From assembly GCA_951406725.2 (NCBI GenBank), contig OX597822.1, positions 26,040,001 to 26,104,000 of the forward strand: a stretch of DNA of 64,000 bases, given 5' to 3'. Within the stretch, counting starts at the first letter, position 1. Each line of letters starts with the position of its first letter. Of this stretch, positions 57,690 to 64,000 are shown in pieces. The position numbers and the translations under genes are program-made. This DNA is from Octopus vulgaris (lineage: Eukaryota). The notes beneath the pieces were generated by a model that worked only from the letters and a program-made list of their open reading frames with translations, was not told where the DNA came from and made no database searches.

Positions 57690-58460
57690 AATGCGTCACA
57701 TGTGCCAAGCTGTATCGGCCGTTGCCTTTCCTGTGGATAACTCTGGTGTCGTGGAGAGGAGGAGGCCGGTATGCATGTGCGACTGCTGGTCTTCCATAAA
57801 CAACCTTGCCCGGTTTTGTACCTTGGAAGGTAACTTCCTAGGTGCAATCTGGTCTGTGTCGTGACCGAAGGTGGTCTCAGAATATATACACTATATACAC
57901 TATCATTATCATCATCATCATTTAACGTCAGTTTTTCATGCTGGCATAGGTTGGACGTTTTCACGGAAAACTGGTAAGCTGCACCAGGTTCCAATCTCAT
58001 TTGGAATGCTTTCTACAGCTTGTTACCACTCATAACGCCGACCACTCTGAGAGTATAGTGGGTCCTTCTTATGTGTCACCAGTACAGGTGCCATTAAACC
58101 AGCATTGGCCATGACTACGATCTCACTTGGCTTAACAGGTCTTCTCAAGCACTGTATGTTGTGAAAGGTCTCGGTCACTTGTCACTGCCTCTTTGAGGCT
58201 GAACGTTTGAAGGGTGCTCTTTACGTGCCACCATCACGGGTGCCAGTTACGCAACAGAGGCACCGGCCACAACTACGATTTCACTTGGCCTGACGTGTCT
58301 TCTCAAGCACGGCATATCATCATGACTACGATCTCACTTGGCTTAGCAGGTCATCTCAAGCACAGTATATCGTCAAATGTCACGGTTACTTGTCATTGCC
58401 TCACATCGTTCGAAGATCATGCTTCACCACCTCGTTCCATATCTCTCAGGATCTACCTCT
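57690..58460. mobile_element. Degenerate SINE/RTE-type 3' repeats
   Basis: (CAT)n tail and repeated actacgatctcacttggc subunits; family uncertain. Confidence 0.45.
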
Positions 58461-58661
58461 TCCACAAATTCATTCAACCGTCAAGAATCGGTACTTCTTC
58501 ACAGAGCTGGTTAGACTATTACGGGTCTGAAAAGGTTTTTAATTCCTTTGTCCAAGGGAGGTAAACCGTCCTCATTAACGCATTTATACGTTAACCGTTA
58601 AATCTCGTTATCCTAGCGTTTCTTCGCGTTCACATGATACAAAGTTAAATTTTGTCTTTAT

Positions 58662-58727
58662 ATAGAGTCTGACGAGTTGTCTAGAAGTCTGCGGCTTTCG
58701 TGGATACGAAACCATTGGTAACTCTAT
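58662..58727 (+). ncRNA. Type I hammerhead ribozyme
   Basis: atagagt-CTGACGA-gt..ac-GAAACC-att-GGTA-actctat. Confidence 0.88.
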
Positions 58728-58779
58728 GACCATAATTTGACTTTGTCTCAATCATCATATTAATATATACACATATATA

Positions 58780-58816
<37 letters not shown>

Positions 58817-59007
58817 ATAAATTATAAATAAGGGTATCTAAGAGATACCACCATGCTTGAAATAGCAGTCCAAATCTGACTCTAAAACTTCATAATTTTA
58901 ATAATAATTTGTATCCTATAAGGTTTTTGTTCCCATGCTGTCACTTGATTTGATAGTTATTTAAATAATGATCTTATCCTTATTTATATAAATACATATA
59001 AATACAT

Positions 59008-59084
<77 letters not shown>

Positions 59085-59102
59085 GATGGAAGGAACACTC
59101 AC

Positions 59103-59238
59103 CTTAGTGTGATTTAAGTGCTTGCGGATGTCGAAAAGCGTCATAAGTTGGGTGCCGTTGACAATACCTGTTTTGCCACTTATTCCAATTGCATGGTAAT
59201 TCAAAGATAGAAGATATGGAATTTGTGATACAGGTACA
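59103..59238 (-). CDS. METTL24-like internal exon
   Basis: tcttcacag|T..AAG|gtgagt splice sites; YHAIGISG..LMTLFDIRKHLNHTK; phases match both neighbouring exons. Confidence 0.85.
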
Positions 59239-59887
59239 CTGTGAAGACAGCAAAACATGCGGAAAAATTGAATAAAAATCAGTTTACTTGGACAGAAATA
59301 TAGTAACAAATGAGTGAACATCCCCACCAAGTCCTTAAGGGTTTGAAAATAACTTCTTTTTCTCCTATCAGATTTGAAGGTCTTAAGAATTGAAATAAAT
59401 ATTAAAATGAAAGAAATGTTGTAACATTTCATGTTAAAGAAGTCAGTGTCGAAACAGCGATAACAAATAACCTGCATCATAACGGCTTTACCATAACATC
59501 TCATCCACATCTTCTCTACGCTTCTAACAATTCTTTGAACCTACTACCCGGGACTGGTTAGTTGGGGTCTTTTTTTATCATCATCAAAAGCAGAAAGTGA
59601 CCAAAAACGGAATTTTGTACTACATTCCTTCATATATGTAATGGGAAAGTCACCTTTTCAGAACTTCAATACTTGGCTATCCACACTCAATCCAATGCAT
59701 ACAAACTCCTCACCCATACCTGCACACATATAATAGACAAAAACATATCAAACAATTTAAGCGTAAGGAAACTGTAGGAGAGAAAGAGCAAGGAAGCTTG
59801 AGAAGCAGTGAAGAGGTCTGATCTCAGAACACAGGTCTCCGTAAAATAAAAGACCGCAATTGGTGATGATACCCATCCAACCCACAT

Positions 59888-60102
59888 TCTTTTCTACTCT
59901 AAGCACAAGGCCCCGAAATTTTGGGGAGGGCGCCAGTCGATTAGATCGACCCCAGTACGCAACTGGAACTTAATTTCTCGACCCCGAAAGGATGAAAGGA
60001 AAAGTCGACCTCGGCGGAATTTGAACTCACAACGTAAAGACGGACGAAATATCGGTAAGCATTTCGCCTGGTGTGTTAACGTTTCTGCCAGCTCGCCGCC
60101 TT
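59888..60102 (-). mobile_element. tRNA-derived SINE (same family as 1945-2158)
   Basis: Direct similarity to 1945-2158. Confidence 0.85.
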
Positions 60103-60298
60103 CCATCCAACCCATATTCAGCATAGGGAATACCAAATTTTCGTAGAGAAAGTTCTCTGCAGAACTGGTTGTCCTGTCCTATATGACAATTTATCTCACA
60201 ATTAAATAATTACATGAAACTAAATCTAAATAACCTACTTCATGAACTCCAGCTCTAGCACATTGACATGAGCTAGCTTTTCTAATTATGAAATACAT

Positions 60299-61277
60299 GG
60301 GATCCGGGCAAAACCCCCTTAGGACAAAACCCCCTTGGACAAAACCCTCTAGGACAAAACTCCGTTAATTAAAGTGCAAAAACGGACAAAACCCACTCGA
60401 TTATATTTTGGGGTTATTTTTCGGGGTTTTTTTTTTCATATTTTTCTTTTTTACTTGTTTCAGTCATTAGACTGTGACCATGCTGGGGCACCGCTTTGAA
60501 GAATTTTTAGTCGATTGTATTGTTCCCAGAATTTCTTTATTTTCTTACTTGTTTCAGTCAAGACTATGGCCATGCTATGGTACCACCATGAAGAATTTTT
60601 AAATTTAAATTTAAAGTGTTTTGTTTTCTCTCTGCACTTAGAGATAAATGAGAATGCACTGACCTTTTGAACTTCCTCCGGCCGCTGAAAGTCTAAGAGA
60701 ATTACGGCGCCGAAAGTTAGTCGTCCAAACGTACTGGTTATCGTTTCTATCTTTCTTCACATTTGTTAGAATTCAGACAACAAGTGCATAGAGTAGCAAA
60801 GAGTCTTGTGTTCTGTAATTCTATTCTGGTTATTTATTTTTGATTGAATATATTTTTGTTTGCTTAAAAATTGGAATTTTTGAAAATAAAAGTTTTTTGC
60901 AATCGCAAGTTCCGTTTTTTTTTTTTTACGTGAAATTCAATAAATTTGAAATTCAAGAAATGTGATTGTTATTTCTAGTATGTGGAGAGACCGTCTAGGT
61001 TTAACTGAAAATCACCTAAAAAATTTCTGGGTTTGATACAATCATCTAAAAATTGTTCATGGTGCTGCCCCATCGTGTAAAAAAGAAAAAATATTTCTGG
61101 GGTCGATACGTTCAACTAAAAATTCTTCAAGGCGGTACCCCAGCGTGGCCACGGAAAATAACCGAAAATATAACCGGGGGTGTTTTGTCCGCTTTCACAC
61201 TTTAACTACTGGGGTTTTGTCCCAGGGGGTTTTGTCCTAGGGGGTATTTGTCCTAGTGAGGTTTTTGTCCCACACTC
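60299..61277. mobile_element. Non-autonomous Mutator-like element
   Basis: 9-bp TSD GAAATACAT (60290-60298 and 61278-61286), G..C termini and inverted GGACAAAACCCC subterminal arrays. Confidence 0.85.
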
Positions 61278-62429
61278 GAAATACATACACCAACAGCTAA
61301 AACAAATAACACAGATCATTGCATTGGACTCTTGGGTAAGGAACATTACTCTGGCTAATAAACAAGTTGCTTCTGTTCTTGTTGAGCTCTAAGTCATCCA
61401 TGATTGAATACAACTATCATCAATGGCTTTCCAGCCGTGACAATTTCTTCTTTTGGCTCGGCACATTTCAAATATAACTACATAATCTTGTAAGTTCCTT
61501 TTTAAAAATAATCAGGTGTGATTTGCAAGAGAAAATACGCTTATATCAGTGAGGAGTAATGACTAGTAAATTGAAATAGCAATGTCTTGTGGCATTTAGT
61601 TGTGATTGAAATATCATCCTCTTACAATAAATATTAGATTTACATCTTCTATTTTGTAGGGTCCTTAAATTAATTAGCATACAAAGTTCCGGGGTCAATA
61701 TAATCCCCTAAAAACATCCTTAATGGTAATGCTTCAGCATGGTCGTAGTTCAGTAAATGAAACAAAACCTGAAAAGAAAACGATGTTACATCACAGTTTT
61801 CTGAAATATATTCAGCATCTTGAACAGTCTTAATCAATTAGATCTATAAAGAAAGACATTCCAAATATGGCATTCCCATTTTTAGAACTATCTGTGATAT
61901 AACTACATTTATCACCTATGTGTTTTTTATTTCTGTTAAGATGGTTGAGTGTGGTTTGAGGAAAGCTTGTCTGCTATGTCTTGCAGGTTGCACAACTGTG
62001 TATGGGCTTCTCATCACTCCAAACGTTAATAAAACAACAGTGCCCCAGTATATCCACAACCAACTTGGTTGACCAGATTAAAGGAGAATAATAACACTTC
62101 ACAACAATTTCAACTATGAAAGGAAGTTTTTGCTCTAATTTCTAGCAGCTTGTGAGAGCGAAAAGTGGCATAGGGAACCTCTATGCGCTTCCTCAACGAG
62201 AGATGTAGCAGTAAAATCTGCCACAAATCGATCTACAGTCTTAAGAAATACAGATACCAAAGACCACACATTAGACAATGCAGTCGTAGATATAAATAAG
62301 AAAAGATGGGATGGTCATTACTGGAAAGCCTAGGCCTAGTTGATCGCGGCTGATCTGGCTTTAAACAAAAGCAACTCCCAACAAACTGAACTAAATATAA
62401 CACAACTAAGATGGCACAGAGATAAGTAC

Positions 62430-62430
62430 G

Positions 62431-62504
<74 letters not shown>

Positions 62505-62520
62505 GCTGCTGCTGTTGCTA
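62430..62520. repeat. (CTA)n(CTG)n microsatellite
   Basis: Directly visible; intronic. Confidence 0.95.
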
Positions 62521-62538
62521 TAGGAAACCAGTACTTAC

Positions 62539-62613
62539 AATGGGTCAAAAGAATGTACTTCACATCCATAGTATGCATCCATCTCAACATCAAAACTTGA
62601 GTCAAGACCAATT
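62539..62613 (-). CDS. METTL24-like internal exon
   Basis: ctttcaacag|A..TT|gtaagt splice sites; IGLDSSFDVEMDAYYGCEVHSFDP motif. Upstream exons probably lie beyond the window. Confidence 0.88.
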
Positions 62614-62857
62614 CTGTTGAAAGACAATATGTATATGATATTTATGTATGTTTGCGTATTGTGTGTGTGTGTGTGTGCATGTGTCACTTTTTCTTGACTT
62701 GGCATGATAGGTGTAAACAAGTATCACTGTCATACAAGCGGTGTCTTTTATTTTCATTCTTCTGTGTAAAAATGCCTGGGAATAAGGAAATAATACCTTA
62801 CCTGGAAATGGTTAAGGGCTAAGAACATCTAATGTACAAAATTTGCATACATACATA

Positions 62858-63184
62858 TAGGCACAGGAGTGGCTGTGTGGTAAGTAGCTTCCTTACCAAC
62901 CACATGGTTCCGGGTTCAGTCCCATTGCGTGGCACCTTGGGCTGAAAGAAGCCCGTCGTATATATGCGTATATATGAGTGTGTGTTTGTGTGTCTGTGCT
63001 TGACAACCGATGTTGGTGTGTTTACGTCGCCGTAACTTAGCGGTTCGGCAAAAGAGACCGATAGAATAAGTACTAGGCTTACAAAGAATAAGTCCTGGGG
63101 GCCGATTTCCTCGACCAAAGGCGGTGCTCCAGCATGGCCGCAGTCAAATGACTGAAACAAGTAAAAGAGTAAAAGAGTAAAAGT
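62858..63184 (+). mobile_element. tRNA-derived SINE with CR1-type tail
   Basis: A box TGGCTGTGTGG and B box GGTTCAGTCCC; tail GGCGGTGCTCCAGCATGGCC..CTGAAACAA(GTAAAAGA)n. Confidence 0.9.
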
Positions 63185-63496
63185 GTACATACGTATACAC
63201 ACATACATTTCGTTTTTGGATTTAGTTTGCAAGATTCTTTATGTGAGTTCGTGTATTGAAGCATATTTTGTTGTGTCTGGGAAAACTGATTCTCTATTTA
63301 GTTTCCACTCGTTTATTTCTTTATTTTTACTAAAAATTTTCGTGGCGGCTTGCAACTTTTTCAATTGTCGTTGACTCTGTTATCCGAGATGCGTTCTTTT
63401 TGTTTGTTTGTGCGCGCATGTGTGTGGGTCAGTGTGCGTGTGCATACACATATGTATTTATGTAAGTAAGCATGTGTGTATGTATGCATATATATA

Positions 63497-63529
<33 letters not shown>

Positions 63530-63546
63530 ATATGTATGTATATATA

Positions 63547-63642
<96 letters not shown>

Positions 63643-63766
63643 AATTGGAAGGTTTGGAGATGATGTACGGGTATTATATATTAGAAGAAATGAGGTACTC
63701 AGAAAATCGGACGATTTATATTTACAGATATTTATTTGTATATTACATTTTTTTAAATATATCATA

Positions 63767-64000
63767 CTAGCAGTATCACCCGGCGTTGCTCGGGTTTGTA
63801 AGGGAAATAACTATATAAGCATTTTTAGAGAGTTACTTCCCTTATAGATGCCAATTCGGGCTTTCTTAGCCATTTCTGTTTTGGTGTCTTCAAGCCATGA
63901 AGTCGTTGTTCTAAAAGAATGCTGGTCTCCTTGACAACGCTTTACGCCGTTGATTTCCTTACACTCCCTTCCCCACAGCTTCACGAGGGAGGGAAGAAGG
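63767..64000 (-). mobile_element. Helitron 3' end (family of 33202-33502)
   Basis: 63767-63846 is the reverse complement of 33423-33502, including the hairpin and CTAG; extent beyond that is uncertain. Confidence 0.75.

Noticed and set aside
58980-59510. 176-aa single ORF
   Set aside because: Only 59103-59238 is exonic; the rest is intron read-through.
60305-60395. Spaced GGACAAAAC repeats resembling a CRISPR array
   Set aside because: No unique spacers; eukaryotic context; they are transposon subterminal repeats.
62858-62935. tRNA gene-like A/B boxes
   Set aside because: No full cloverleaf; these are SINE heads.

Overview
AT-rich, repeat-dense animal genomic DNA. The SINE families and microsatellite load suggest an octopod cephalopod (inference). 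One host gene is supported: the last three coding exons of a METTL24-like (Methyltransf_22) gene on the minus strand (62613-62539, 59238-59103, 47658-47362). The rest is mobile DNA. It includes several CR1-group LINEs, two with intact APE-RT ORF2s, whose preserved ends abut (TA)n arrays up to ~1.9 kb. It also includes Neptune- and Naiad-like Penelope-like elements (PLEs), about 17 type I hammerhead ribozyme motifs, R4/Dong-like fragments at (TAA)n, Tx1/L1 and RTE fragments, tRNA-derived SINEs, and mariner, hAT-like, MULE and Helitron DNA elements. Most notable: (1) apparent (TA)n targeting by CR1-group LINEs, with SINEs sharing their 3' stem-loop and tail; (2) very high hammerhead density, including a back-to-back palindromic pair and an extra-A core variant; (3) U-UUU-UUA/G slippery sites at ORF1/ORF2 overlaps in both LINEs and a PLE; (4) a ~675-bp ribozyme-bearing inverted repeat starting 20 nt after the METTL24-like stop codon. 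All structures were read by eye, and element boundaries are approximate.
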